64,000 bases of DNA from Latescibacteria bacterium UBA6620. Its GTDB lineage: Bacteria; Latescibacterota; UBA2968. Below the pieces are notes generated by a model, which saw only the letters and a program-made list of their open reading frames with translations, did no database searches and was not told the origin of the DNA. The DNA lies in assembly GCA_002433075.1 (NCBI GenBank), contig DJHM01000049.1, positions 12,164 to 76,163 on the forward strand, given 5' to 3'. Made by a program: the position numbers and the translations under genes. Shown here in pieces: positions 40,963-50,028 of the stretch. Each line of letters starts with the position of its first letter. Positions within the stretch are counted from its first letter, which is position 1.

Positions 40963-42887
40963 CAGGCGGCGATTTCGATGCTGTGGCCGTCGATCGGGAA
41001 CCAGATTCGATCGACGATCAGCCCGATCAGAATCCCGAAGAAGTGGCCGAGGATCAATCCGATGAAAAAGGGCTTTGCCGCCTCGATCCGTTTGCCTCCG
41101 CCGAATCGCTGGAGAGCGACTTTCACAACCCACGTCACGAAGATGCTACCCACGATGTAGTTCACCGGATAGGCGGGACCGGCCGCGAACCCGACCGGGT
41201 GGAACGGCGAGAGCGGGAAACGATACCGAAGCAGCAGAAGGACGGCCATCACGACGATGCCGATCGTGGTCATCTGGATGGCGGGGCGCAGCGGGCCCGT
41301 GGGCTGCCTTGCGTGCGCAACAAGGTACCCCCAGGGCGTGGACTTGAGGGCTGCGGTCTCGAGTCCGCCGTGGGTGTATCTCACATAGAGCGTACAGACG
41401 AACGTGGCCAGTACACCTACGACCATCGCCGTGAGGATCGACGTGAGTAGCTTTCGCTGGTCGCTCCGAATCTGCTGGTGCAGTTTCGTCGAGTGGGCGA
41501 GGGCGGGCATCACGGTCGTCTTCAGGTCACCGACCCAGATGGCTGACATCGCAACACCGATCAGGTTGGCCTGCGTGAGCCCCTGTGAGCCCAGCGTGAA
41601 CAGGGTCAGATCCTGAGGGGACTGCGGAGCACGGAGGGTGATGATGCCGGACTCGATGATGATACGAGTCATCCCGATGAAGAGGATGACGACACCGACC
41701 ATAAACATCGCAACCAGCGACGGGGACATCCCGACGGCGAACTGGAACGCGCAGAGATGGACGAAGCAGAGGACAAATCCGATCAAGGCGGACCTGTAGG
41801 ACATCATCTCGTCTGAATCGTCGATTCCTGGATCGTCGTGGAGGGCCTTTTTCAGCACGAGGGCCAGATGTCGGCGACCGTTCCAGACGACGAAGACCAC
41901 AAGGCTGATGAGCGCGCCCTGTGTCAGAGCGCCGGTGGCGAAGTGGGCACCTCCGTGGATCGTGATGGGATTGGCCGTGAAGCCAATGCTGTTGAGGAGG
42001 CCGATGAAGAAGATGGACAGGATGTTGAAGAACCACAGGCTGAAGGCGATGTTCTGGTTGGCGAAATAGGTGAAACCGATGACGACAGGTTGCAACCGGA
42101 ACGGGATCGCCGGGAAAATGGGACCGAAGCCGATCTTGCCCAGGTCGTACTTGATGGGGGTGAATCCGGGGTTGAACCATCCTAGGATGTTCCAGGCGAT
42201 GATGAAGAACGAGATCCCGAAACCGCCCCAGAACAGGGGCGAGGCCATCATCGCCATCGGCCAGCGATTCTGGCTATCTGGATCAACGATGGCGAGAGGG
42301 GCTTCCATTAGTGGATAGCGGATCCGCTCGTGCTCGACCCACTGCTTCCTGAACATCACGATGATGGCGAGGCACATCCCGTAGAAGGCGCCGATGACGG
42401 TACCCCACCAGAAGAGGGGCTCGAGCCAGTGCGACCACGGAATGCTCGCGCCGGCGGGGAGACCTTCGTAGTACCACGTCAGGGCGTTCCCAGGCTGAAT
42501 GATGAGCCAGTTGGGCAGCTGGTCGAGGAAGTACGTGCCCCACTGGTTCTCGGGGGTGGCCGCATAGTAGGGTACGGCGATGAAGGCCATCGCTCGACCG
42601 ATGAAGTAGGTCGGCATCGTGGCGCCGATCATCCCCATACTGAAGATGACGAGCCACTCCCCGCGGCTGATGTTGAGCCGTCGGGCAAGTGCGACGACGA
42701 GTAGGAGGAACGGCGCCACGACCGTGTAGGTCAGGTGCACCTTGTCGGTCGTGCCCGATCCCCAGACATACCGGGAGAGGGTGCCCGAGTTCGTCGCGAA
42801 GATGCACAGGAGGGAACCGACCGCCAGACTGAACGGGGTAACCGCCGATCGCTCCAGTTGCGGTTCCTGGTCGTATGCGGTCGCCAT
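40962..42887 (-). CDS. Polytopic membrane protein (DUF6785/DUF6784-like, putative transporter)
   Basis: Many TM segments; RKQWVEHERIRYPL, MMSYR.A, FPLSPFHPVGF, KPFFIGLILG. Confidence 0.72.
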   Translation of the reverse strand: MATAYDQEPQLERSAVTPFSLAVGSLLCIFATNSGTLSRYVWGSGTTDKVHLTYTVVAPFLLLVVALARRLNISRGEWLVIFSMGMIGATMPTYFIGRAMAFIAVPYYAATPENQWGTYFLDQLPNWLIIQPGNALTWYYEGLPAGASIPWSHWLEPLFWWGTVIGAFYGMCLAIIVMFRKQWVEHERIRYPLMEAPLAIVDPDSQNRWPMAMMASPLFWGGFGISFFIIAWNILGWFNPGFTPIKYDLGKIGFGPIFPAIPFRLQPVVIGFTYFANQNIAFSLWFFNILSIFFIGLLNSIGFTANPITIHGGAHFATGALTQGALISLVVFVVWNGRRHLALVLKKALHDDPGIDDSDEMMSYRSALIGFVLCFVHLCAFQFAVGMSPSLVAMFMVGVVILFIGMTRIIIESGIITLRAPQSPQDLTLFTLGSQGLTQANLIGVAMSAIWVGDLKTTVMPALAHSTKLHQQIRSDQRKLLTSILTAMVVGVLATFVCTLYVRYTHGGLETAALKSTPWGYLVAHARQPTGPLRPAIQMTTIGIVVMAVLLLLRYRFPLSPFHPVGFAAGPAYPVNYIVGSIFVTWVVKVALQRFGGGKRIEAAKPFFIGLILGHFFGILIGLIVDRIWFPIDGHSIEIAA

Positions 42888-42897
42888 CAGTCGTCCA

Positions 42898-43329
42898 TCA
42901 TCTGCCGCAGCAGCGTTTAAATTTCTTCCCGGACCTGCACGGACAGGGCTCGTTCCTTCCCACGGCCGTGTGTCGGTTCCGTACGGTTTCGCCCTTTACG
43001 CTTCCGTCATCGCGGATCGAAGAGACGAACCTTGCCTCGGCGTCATCTATGAAATCCGTGTAAGCCTCCGAGTCCCCGATGTGTCCTGTTGCGCCAAGAT
43101 ACTCGACGTAGTGTCTCAATATTCGAGGGAAACCGCGCTTCGTGTCGGCGGAAAGCGCGCAGGATGCAACTCGAGAAAAGCCTTTGACGATCGATTCGTT
43201 CGACAGTTCGTCCGATGCTTCGCAAAAACAGTCCAGAAGGACCTCGGCGTGCGGCTTCAGGTCGTCCTTGAGGAAGAAGAAGTGCTGGGAGGCGCCGTAT
43301 TCAGAAACGTGCTGTCGGAGATTGTTCAC
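42898..43329 (-). CDS. SEC-C motif protein
   Basis: C-terminal VGRNEPCPCRSGKKFKRCCG. Confidence 0.8.
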   Translation of the reverse strand: MNNLRQHVSEYGASQHFFFLKDDLKPHAEVLLDCFCEASDELSNESIVKGFSRVASCALSADTKRGFPRILRHYVEYLGATGHIGDSEAYTDFIDDAEARFVSSIRDDGSVKGETVRNRHTAVGRNEPCPCRSGKKFKRCCGR

Positions 43330-43485
43330 GCGCTTACTCCGGGCTCAGTTCGGTCGGAGGAATCTGAACAATTAACGCAGGCGCACACGGCCAGCCAAAG
43401 GCGAAATCAATCTTGCGCTCGCCGAGGGTAACCAAACCCAGTGAGGGAAGATAGAACCAGGTCGATTTGTATGATGATTGGTCGG

Positions 43486-44190
43486 CTAGAGCAGGTTCAG
43501 CGCTTTGAGCTGATTTTCTGCCTGCTCAGACCATCCGCGATTGGCGATGGGGCTGGCCGGGCTGGGGTGCAGGATGGTGCCGATATGGGTATCGGCAGGC
43601 AGGGCTGCGCGCGCTCGGTCCTCGGCAAATTTTCCGACGCCGAGGACCCACTCGGGCGAGAGGTAATCGACGATCCGGGCCAACGCCTGGTCGCAGATTC
43701 GAAACAGCGGGTCCCGCTCGTCGGGGGGCAGCTTGTCGGGTGTGCGATTCCGTCCTCCCTCCTCCATAAACGCGAGGGGGCAGAAATTCCAGACGAAGAA
43801 TCGGTCGAAGAAAGCGTCGGGCGACCCGAAGCGATCGCGCGCCCAACCCCAGAGACGCCGGCCACTGACCTCACTCCTGTGGCAGTCGAAACCGTCGATC
43901 GGCCGTCTGGGATGTTCAGAGGGAGGGCGCTTCACACCTTCTTCGATGCCCATCCAGTCGCGAACGAGTTCGACCTCTCCGAAGGGGACGCCTGTCTGGA
44001 CCATCCCCCACGGTCCGGGATTCATTCCCAACAGCAGCACGGATGCTTCCCGTTTGCAGTAGCGATCCAGGTAGGTTCTGTGCGCCCCCCAGGCGTAATC
44101 GAGGGGGTTGTAGACGTGTGTGACGGGCTCCGCGAAAGAGAGGGTGTCGACTTCACGTGCCAGTCGTCGTGCGATGGTTGTGGCTTTCAT
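43486..44190 (-). CDS. SMUG1-family (UDG family 3) uracil-DNA glycosylase
   Basis: VYNPLDYA, LGMNPGPWGMVQTGVPFG, RSEVSGRR, NFCPL, LHPSPASP. Confidence 0.92.
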   Translation of the reverse strand: MKATTIARRLAREVDTLSFAEPVTHVYNPLDYAWGAHRTYLDRYCKREASVLLLGMNPGPWGMVQTGVPFGEVELVRDWMGIEEGVKRPPSEHPRRPIDGFDCHRSEVSGRRLWGWARDRFGSPDAFFDRFFVWNFCPLAFMEEGGRNRTPDKLPPDERDPLFRICDQALARIVDYLSPEWVLGVGKFAEDRARAALPADTHIGTILHPSPASPIANRGWSEQAENQLKALNLL

Positions 44191-44208
44191 TCGGGCTGCG
44201 GCTGAGCA

Positions 44209-45687
44209 CTATCGATCGAGAAGTGTCATAAACCGGCCATACGCCTCATCCCACGGAGCCTGGCTCGATGGCGTGTAGGTGACGAGATCGATAGAGTTAC
44301 GCACGACTTCGCGTGCTTCATCGAGATTTTCGATTTTCCCCGCGGTCATCGCCTGCAAAAGGATGTTACCCATAGCGGTCGCCTCGACCGGACCGGCGAT
44401 GACTTCGCAACCTGTGGCATCGGCGGTCAGTTGACATAGAAGGGTGTTCTGGATGCCACCGCCCACGATGTGGATTGTGTCGAAGGTCCTGCCCAGTACG
44501 GTCGAGAGCTCTCCGTGGACGTGGCGTGATTTAAGGGCAAGGGATTCGATCGCACACCGTATGACGGCTCCTTCAGACTCGGGCACGGGTTGCCCGCTTC
44601 GTTCGCAGAAAGACCGAATTCGAGAGGGCATATCACCGGGTGTAGCGAAGTCGGGGTGATCGGGGTCGATGATGCTGCGTAAGGGCTCCGTTACGCGTGC
44701 GAGTTCGGTGAGTTCGGCATAGTCGTGAGAGGCGCCGGTCTGGTCCCAGGCTCGCTTACATTCCTGCACGATCCAGAGGCCGGTAATGTTCTTGAGAAAT
44801 CTGAACGTTCCGCACACACCGCCTTCGTTCGTGAAATTGTGGGCGAGCGCATCGGTGGAGAGCATAGGTTCGGCGATCTCTGCGCCCATCAGCGCCCACG
44901 TTCCACACGAGATGTAGAGCGCGTTGTCGGATGAAGCGAAAGGGACGGCGGCGACGGCTGAGCCGGTGTCGTGACAGGCGGGGGCAATGACCTCGACCCG
45001 ACCCGCGCCGGTCCCATCTGCAACGGAGGGGGTGAGGGGACCCAGGCGGCTGCCGGGGGAGACGATCTCAGGGAAGATCGACGAAGGGATCGACAGATCG
45101 TCGAGTAGCTCGGTAGCCCAACGTCCTTCCCTTGGATTGTAGCACTGCGTGGTCGTAGCGTTTGAGAACTCGCAGACTTTCGAGCCGGTGAGGAAGAAAT
45201 TCAGGAGGTCGGGGATTGTGAGGAAGGTCCGGGCGATGTCGAGCTGCGGTGACCCGTCGCGGACCATCGAGTAGAGCTGGAAGAGGGTGTTGATTTCGAG
45301 GAACTGGACACCGGTCTGGTCGAAGACACGGTCCCGGGGCACGATGTCGAGTACGGCCTCCATCGTGCCTTGGGTGCGGGTATCGCGATGGCTATGTGGG
45401 GTCGACAGGAGCTCGTCGTTCGCGTCGAGGAGGCCGAAATCGACGCCCCAGGTGTCCAGGCCGATCGATACGAGATCGCCCTGGATGCTGGCCAGGCGGA
45501 TTCCGTTCCGGACTTCGGAGTAAAGGCCGTAGAAGTCCCAGTAGAGGCCGCCACCGGCAGGAACCGCACGATTCTCGAAGCGATGGGCCTCTTTCAGGTG
45601 GATGGCAGAGCCGTCGAAACGGCCGAGCAGCGCCCTCCCTCCGGAGGCCCCCAGATCTATGGCAAGGTAGTCCTGAGTGGTAGCCAA
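44209..45687 (-). CDS. rhaB: Rhamnulokinase family sugar kinase
   Basis: LAIDLGASGGR, DTWGVDFGLLD, INTLFQL, ACHDTGSAV, ISCGTWALMG, FTNEGG, LKNITGLW, GPVEATAMGN. Confidence 0.9.
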   Translation of the reverse strand: MATTQDYLAIDLGASGGRALLGRFDGSAIHLKEAHRFENRAVPAGGGLYWDFYGLYSEVRNGIRLASIQGDLVSIGLDTWGVDFGLLDANDELLSTPHSHRDTRTQGTMEAVLDIVPRDRVFDQTGVQFLEINTLFQLYSMVRDGSPQLDIARTFLTIPDLLNFFLTGSKVCEFSNATTTQCYNPREGRWATELLDDLSIPSSIFPEIVSPGSRLGPLTPSVADGTGAGRVEVIAPACHDTGSAVAAVPFASSDNALYISCGTWALMGAEIAEPMLSTDALAHNFTNEGGVCGTFRFLKNITGLWIVQECKRAWDQTGASHDYAELTELARVTEPLRSIIDPDHPDFATPGDMPSRIRSFCERSGQPVPESEGAVIRCAIESLALKSRHVHGELSTVLGRTFDTIHIVGGGIQNTLLCQLTADATGCEVIAGPVEATAMGNILLQAMTAGKIENLDEAREVVRNSIDLVTYTPSSQAPWDEAYGRFMTLLDR

Positions 45688-45808
45688 GAATTCGTAAAAG
45701 TGGTTGAAATGGATGAAGTTGTTCGCTAAGTTATGAGCAGCACCAAGAAGGTGTCAAGGTGTTCATCGAGCACGGAAGCGTCTCGATTCCACCTGCAAGG
45801 AGGTTGTG

Positions 45809-46162
45809 ATGCCGAACAGGGTCGACGGGCAAGTCGCCCGATCTGAAGTTGCCCGTCTCGAAACCCCGAGAGCCGATCGAGCCGCACAACCGGCCGATGC
45901 GCCGCGCGCCGAAGCCGCGAACACCGATCGTGTCGAGATCTCAGCGGCGGCACGCCAGGCGCAGTCGAGTTGGCCCGCGCCCGCGCAGCCCGAACGAGGT
46001 GCCGCTGAGGACGCGCCGAGCGCGAGACCTGAGAATGCGAACCTTCAGGCCAATACGGCCGACCAGGCCAGCCAGCTCCGCGAGCAACAGGAGCAGACGC
46101 GGGCGGCGAATACGGAGACTGAACCGGGTGAGACCGGCAATCTGGTCGGCGTGACCGGCTGA
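45809..46162 (+). CDS. Low-complexity hypothetical protein with FlgM-like DRVEIS motif
   Basis: AAGGAGG SD, own terminator; TDRVEISAAARQ; ends GNLVGVTG. Confidence 0.65.
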   Translation: MPNRVDGQVARSEVARLETPRADRAAQPADAPRAEAANTDRVEISAAARQAQSSWPAPAQPERGAAEDAPSARPENANLQANTADQASQLREQQEQTRAANTETEPGETGNLVGVTG

Positions 46163-46180
46163 TAGACCACACTCCAACCG

Positions 46181-46218
46181 ACGGCCTGTCGATAATTTCG
46201 ACAGGCCGTTTTTATTTT
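46181..46218 (+). terminator. Intrinsic terminator
   Basis: ACGGCCTGTCGA-TAATT-TCGACAGGCCGT then TTTTATTTT. Confidence 0.85.
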
Positions 46219-46227
46219 GGTCCGCCC

Positions 46228-47388
46228 TTGTCCTCTAACGATCCCAACTCGACGCCGTCCAACGACCGCACACTCCCTTTGGTTGCCCACTGTGCGGATC
46301 CGTTTCTGGAACTGACGACGGTCTGGCTCTACGATCAGGTTCGCAGCCTGAGGCGCTATCGGTCGATGGTCTTGACGCAGGCGGTGCGGAACGCCCACCT
46401 GTTCCCGTTCGATGCGATCCACGATCTGTCGAAAGTGAATCCGATCCAACGTGTGTGGCATCGAGTGGGCCGTCGAATCGATGGTCAGCACCGAGGGTAT
46501 GGATCAGTGATGAGGCAAGAGGGCGCTGTCGTAGCGCACGCCCACTATGGCCACGAAGGATTCCGGTGTCTGTCGGCTGCAGCGGATGCGGGCATACCCT
46601 TGGTAACGACGTTCTACGGCTTCGATGCGGGTTCACTACCTCGCGATCCGGTCTGGCGACGACGGCTTGAAATCCTGTTCGATCGTGGCGATCTGTTCCT
46701 GGCCGAGGGTCCCGCGATGGCCGGTCGTATCGAGAGGTTAGGATGTTCGGCTGATCGGCTGCGCGTTCAGCCCCTCGGGATCGATCTACGGAACTTTACA
46801 GAAGTTTCCCTGAACCAGAGGCAGAATCAGGTCCTGATGTACGCGTCCTTCAGGGAGAAGAAGGGTCACCTGTTCGGCGTCCGAGCGTTTGCCAGAGCGT
46901 TCGGGGACGACGGTAAGATGTCGCTCGAACTCGTGGGGGACGGCCCGCTCAGGCCAGATGTTGAGGCCGAGGTTTCCAGGCTGGGGATCGAAGGCCGCAC
47001 ACGCTTCCACGGTGCGTTGCCCCACGTGGAGGCGATCCGAAAACTGGAATCCTGCCGGCTTCTACTCTACCCGAGTGTGACCGCCTCAGACGGAGATACG
47101 GAGGGCGGTGCACCGGTGGCCCTTCTGGAGGCGATGGCCTGTGGCACACCGATCGTCAGTACCCGGCACGCGGACATTCCGTTCGTCGCACCCAATGGGG
47201 TCTGCAGTCTCCTGTCCGAAGAACTCGATGTCGATGGGCTGGCCGATGCGATGAGGGCAGTCGTAACGGAGGACGGGTTGGCATCCCGGCTGGCGGCGGC
47301 CGGTCGTGCCCAGGTGGAACGACAGCACGACCTGGACAAACAGGTTTCCGCGTTGGAATCGATCTACGACGAGGTTAAACGAAAATAA
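46228..47388 (+). CDS. Glycosyltransferase family 4 (WcaL-like)
   Basis: HAHYG, TTFYGFD, EKKG, VGDGPLR, PSVTASDGDTEGGAPV.LLEAMACG.P.VST.H. Confidence 0.9.
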   Translation: MSSNDPNSTPSNDRTLPLVAHCADPFLELTTVWLYDQVRSLRRYRSMVLTQAVRNAHLFPFDAIHDLSKVNPIQRVWHRVGRRIDGQHRGYGSVMRQEGAVVAHAHYGHEGFRCLSAAADAGIPLVTTFYGFDAGSLPRDPVWRRRLEILFDRGDLFLAEGPAMAGRIERLGCSADRLRVQPLGIDLRNFTEVSLNQRQNQVLMYASFREKKGHLFGVRAFARAFGDDGKMSLELVGDGPLRPDVEAEVSRLGIEGRTRFHGALPHVEAIRKLESCRLLLYPSVTASDGDTEGGAPVALLEAMACGTPIVSTRHADIPFVAPNGVCSLLSEELDVDGLADAMRAVVTEDGLASRLAAAGRAQVERQHDLDKQVSALESIYDEVKRK

Positions 47389-47427
47389 AAAGCGGCCCGC
47401 CTCTTTCGAGACGGGCCGCTGCTTTTT
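47387..47427. terminator. Bidirectional intrinsic terminator
   Basis: AAAA-AGCGGCCCGCCTC-TTTC-GAGACGGGCCGCT-GCTTTTT between convergent genes. Confidence 0.75.
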
Positions 47428-47438
47428 CGTGTTCGGAG

Positions 47439-47594
47439 TCAAGCCGTCACGTCGACATTGTCGCCGCGATGCTCCTCCTGAGGCTGCTTGTCGTCGTCGC
47501 CCTTTCCCTTCTTGGGAATCCGACGTTTAGGGCGATCCCAACCGCGCTCTCGTTCTTCCACCCGGGTGTTGAGGGAGGTAACAGGGGTCAGCAT
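47439..47594 (-). CDS. Small 51-aa protein, probably sigma28-dependent
   Basis: Not in ORF track; MLTPVTSLNTRVEERERGWDRPKRRIPKKGKGDDDKQPQEEHRGDNVDVTA*, AAGGCGG SD-like, lies between a sigma28 promoter and a terminator. Confidence 0.6.
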   Translation of the reverse strand: MLTPVTSLNTRVEERERGWDRPKRRIPKKGKGDDDKQPQEEHRGDNVDVTA

Positions 47595-47702
47595 AGCGCA
47601 CCGCCTTGGGGATGTGTTTGTCCTGAGCGCCTATGACGAGCGGGCACTCCCGACCGGACGAACGGGTTCAGGCTATCCGTGCGGAATCTGGTCCTACAGG
47701 TA

Positions 47703-47729
47703 CTATCGGCAGAAAGTGAAAATGATTTA
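47703..47729 (-). promoter_or_regulatory. sigma28 (FliA)-type promoter
   Basis: Minus strand TAAA-N15-GCCGATAG versus consensus TAAA-N15-GCCGATAA. Confidence 0.7.
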
Positions 47730-47759
47730 GCGTGACTGATGTGGGAAATTAGGAAGGGG

Positions 47760-48269
47760 TCAGTCGATCAGGCCGCGGATCCTGCTGGCCATATCTTTCA
47801 GGGCATCCCGGAGGCGGCCCATTTCCTCCGAACTCTCTTCGACCATCATTTCGAGCATATCGGCGAAAGCTCGATTTTCGCGAATCAGATCGTAGTGTTC
47901 GAGAGCTCGCTGGGCCGTGATGAGGAGATCTCGATTGTTCCACGGTTTCGTGATGAACTTGTAGATACGGGCGTCGCTGATGGCGTTAACGGCCACTTCC
48001 AGGTCCCCGTGGGCGGTCAGGAGAATACGAATGGTCTCTGGGCAGATGTCGTGCGCGGCGATGAGGAAGTCGACCCCGTCCACATTGGGCATCTGGTAGT
48101 CAGCGAGGATCAAGTCTGGCGCTTCTTCACCCGTCATCGCCTTCAGCTTTTCGAGGGCGTCTGCACCATCTACGGATTCCGTGATGTGGTAACCCCTGCT
48201 TTCGAACAGGTCCCTTAGAATGAGCCTGACAGCTTCTTCGTCGTCTACGATGAGAATATGATGGGGCAT
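47760..48269 (-). CDS. Response regulator (receiver with short coiled coil)
   Basis: ILIVDDE, DLILADYQMP, ILLTAH, FITKPW. Confidence 0.9.
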   Translation of the reverse strand: MPHHILIVDDEEAVRLILRDLFESRGYHITESVDGADALEKLKAMTGEEAPDLILADYQMPNVDGVDFLIAAHDICPETIRILLTAHGDLEVAVNAISDARIYKFITKPWNNRDLLITAQRALEHYDLIRENRAFADMLEMMVEESSEEMGRLRDALKDMASRIRGLID

Positions 48270-48294
48270 CTCGATTCTAGTTCAGTCAGTCGTC

Positions 48295-49665
48295 GTGGGG
48301 AAGCGAATGCAGGATAAGTCATCGCCCCGGCGCGAACAAGGTGGACGGGCCGAAACGGCACCTGAGCCGATCCGGGTGGAAGGGATCGTTACGGGTGGAC
48401 TTGGGTTCTACGTGGATGCCGGTCGACGCGTTCACGTACCCGGTGGACTGCCGGGAGATCGTGTCCGCGTAGGGGCAGCACGGAAAACAGAAGCCGGTTT
48501 CTTCGCCGACATCCTGGAAACGGTCGATTTCGGGATCGACCGGCGAGAGCCTCCGTGCGCACACGCCGACATCTGTGGTGGGTGCCAGTGGCAGGTGCTC
48601 CCGTATGTGGATCAGCTTCGACTCAAACGTGAGATGGTGAAGTCGGCTTTTGAGGACCGTGGGGTCAGAACCTTTGTTCCCGAAGTGCTTCCCTCTCCGG
48701 CCGAACTGCGCTATCGCGACCGTGTGGATTACTCTTTCGGCAGGGGGGCTGACGGCTCGGCTGTGGTGGGTCTGCATCGTGCCGATGAGGGTGTGTTCCA
48801 GGTGCAGGACTGTCTGTTGCAGTCGGAGGAGGCGAACGAAGCACGACGCGGTCTCGCCCGTGCTCTTGGCGAGACGAGGCTACGCCCCTACGATGACACA
48901 CGGCGAACGGGAGTGCTTCGCGGGCTGGTGGTACGCGAGGGGGAGGACGCGTGTGGGGCCACGCTCGTCGTGTCGTCCGACAAGCATCTTCCCCTGGCCG
49001 CGCTCGGGGAGGCGGCGGTGGCGGTGGGGTTGACGGTCCACGTGAATCGGCGTCGTTCGCGTCACGCGCCGCCAAGGATCGAACACGTGGTGACAGGGAC
49101 GGGTTGGATCGAGACCGTGCGGTCGGGGTTGTCGCTCCGAATCTCCCCCGGGACGTTCACGCAGGTCAACACGGGCCAGGCCGACCGGCTATCCGAGGTC
49201 GCTCTCGATCTGGCGGGCATTCGATCCGGCGAACGTGTGGTCGATCTTTACTGTGGCGTAGGGATTCTGAGTATGCTTAGCGCTTCCGCGGGGGCCACGG
49301 TGCTGGGCGTCGAGATCTCAAAAGCGGCAGTGAACGATGCGCGTGTCAACATCGAGAGCAACCGAATCGACGGGTGTCGGATCTGCCAGGACGACGCGGA
49401 AGGGGAGGCCTGGCCGGCTCAGATCGAGGACGCGGACGTATTTCTGATCAATCCTCCACGCGCCGGAATCGAGCCTGGCGTGGTTGAACGGGTGTGCGCT
49501 TTCGAACCCCAGCGTATCGTTTACGTCTCGTGTAATCCTCTGACGCTTGCCCGGGACGTTCAGCGATTCAGGCGGGCCGGCTACGAAATGACTGACATTC
49601 GGCCGGTGGATATGTTTCCGCAGACGGTGCACGTCGAGGTCGTCGTCCGGTTGGAGCGGTCGTGA
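48295..49665 (+). CDS. rlmD: 23S rRNA m5U methyltransferase (RlmD/TrmA family)
   Basis: PPC.H..ICGGCQWQ, FTQVN, VDLYCGVG, NPPRAG, YVSCNP.TLARD, DMFPQT.HVE. Confidence 0.9.
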   Translation: MGKRMQDKSSPRREQGGRAETAPEPIRVEGIVTGGLGFYVDAGRRVHVPGGLPGDRVRVGAARKTEAGFFADILETVDFGIDRREPPCAHADICGGCQWQVLPYVDQLRLKREMVKSAFEDRGVRTFVPEVLPSPAELRYRDRVDYSFGRGADGSAVVGLHRADEGVFQVQDCLLQSEEANEARRGLARALGETRLRPYDDTRRTGVLRGLVVREGEDACGATLVVSSDKHLPLAALGEAAVAVGLTVHVNRRRSRHAPPRIEHVVTGTGWIETVRSGLSLRISPGTFTQVNTGQADRLSEVALDLAGIRSGERVVDLYCGVGILSMLSASAGATVLGVEISKAAVNDARVNIESNRIDGCRICQDDAEGEAWPAQIEDADVFLINPPRAGIEPGVVERVCAFEPQRIVYVSCNPLTLARDVQRFRRAGYEMTDIRPVDMFPQTVHVEVVVRLERS

Positions 49666-50015
49666 AAGTCGAGGTCCATGCGGTGTCCAGCGAGGGTGAG
49701 GAGACCGTCGTTCGATTCGTCGAGGGGGACGAACTACGGTTGACGCCCGCCTTCAGACGAGACCGCATCGTGGGGATCCGGCAGGTGGACTGGCGGAAGG
49801 ACAGGGACGTGCTGGCCAGCGTGTCGAGTGAGGGCCCTACGGGGAATCTTGAGGGGTTGAGGGAGCGGGTCGGGGCGACGATCGATTTCGAGCGCAGGAT
49901 ATACCGGGAATACAGGGCGGGGAGAATCGTCGAACGTGAATGGGCGGAGAAGTATCGGGCGTTCTGGCGGGTGAGCATCAAATTGCGGCCGGTCTTGCAG
50001 AGTCTGTCTTCGTAG
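49662..50015 (+). CDS. Hypothetical protein
   Basis: GTGA overlap with the rlmD stop; 117 aa. Confidence 0.5.
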   Translation: MKVEVHAVSSEGEETVVRFVEGDELRLTPAFRRDRIVGIRQVDWRKDRDVLASVSSEGPTGNLEGLRERVGATIDFERRIYREYRAGRIVEREWAEKYRAFWRVSIKLRPVLQSLSS

Positions 50016-50028
50016 CGCCTGGCGACGC

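Noticed and set aside
45809-46162. Calling the protein FlgM
   Set aside because: It has DRVEIS but lacks the C-terminal sigma28-binding motif (K..I..G.Y), and no clear sigma28 promoter lies upstream.
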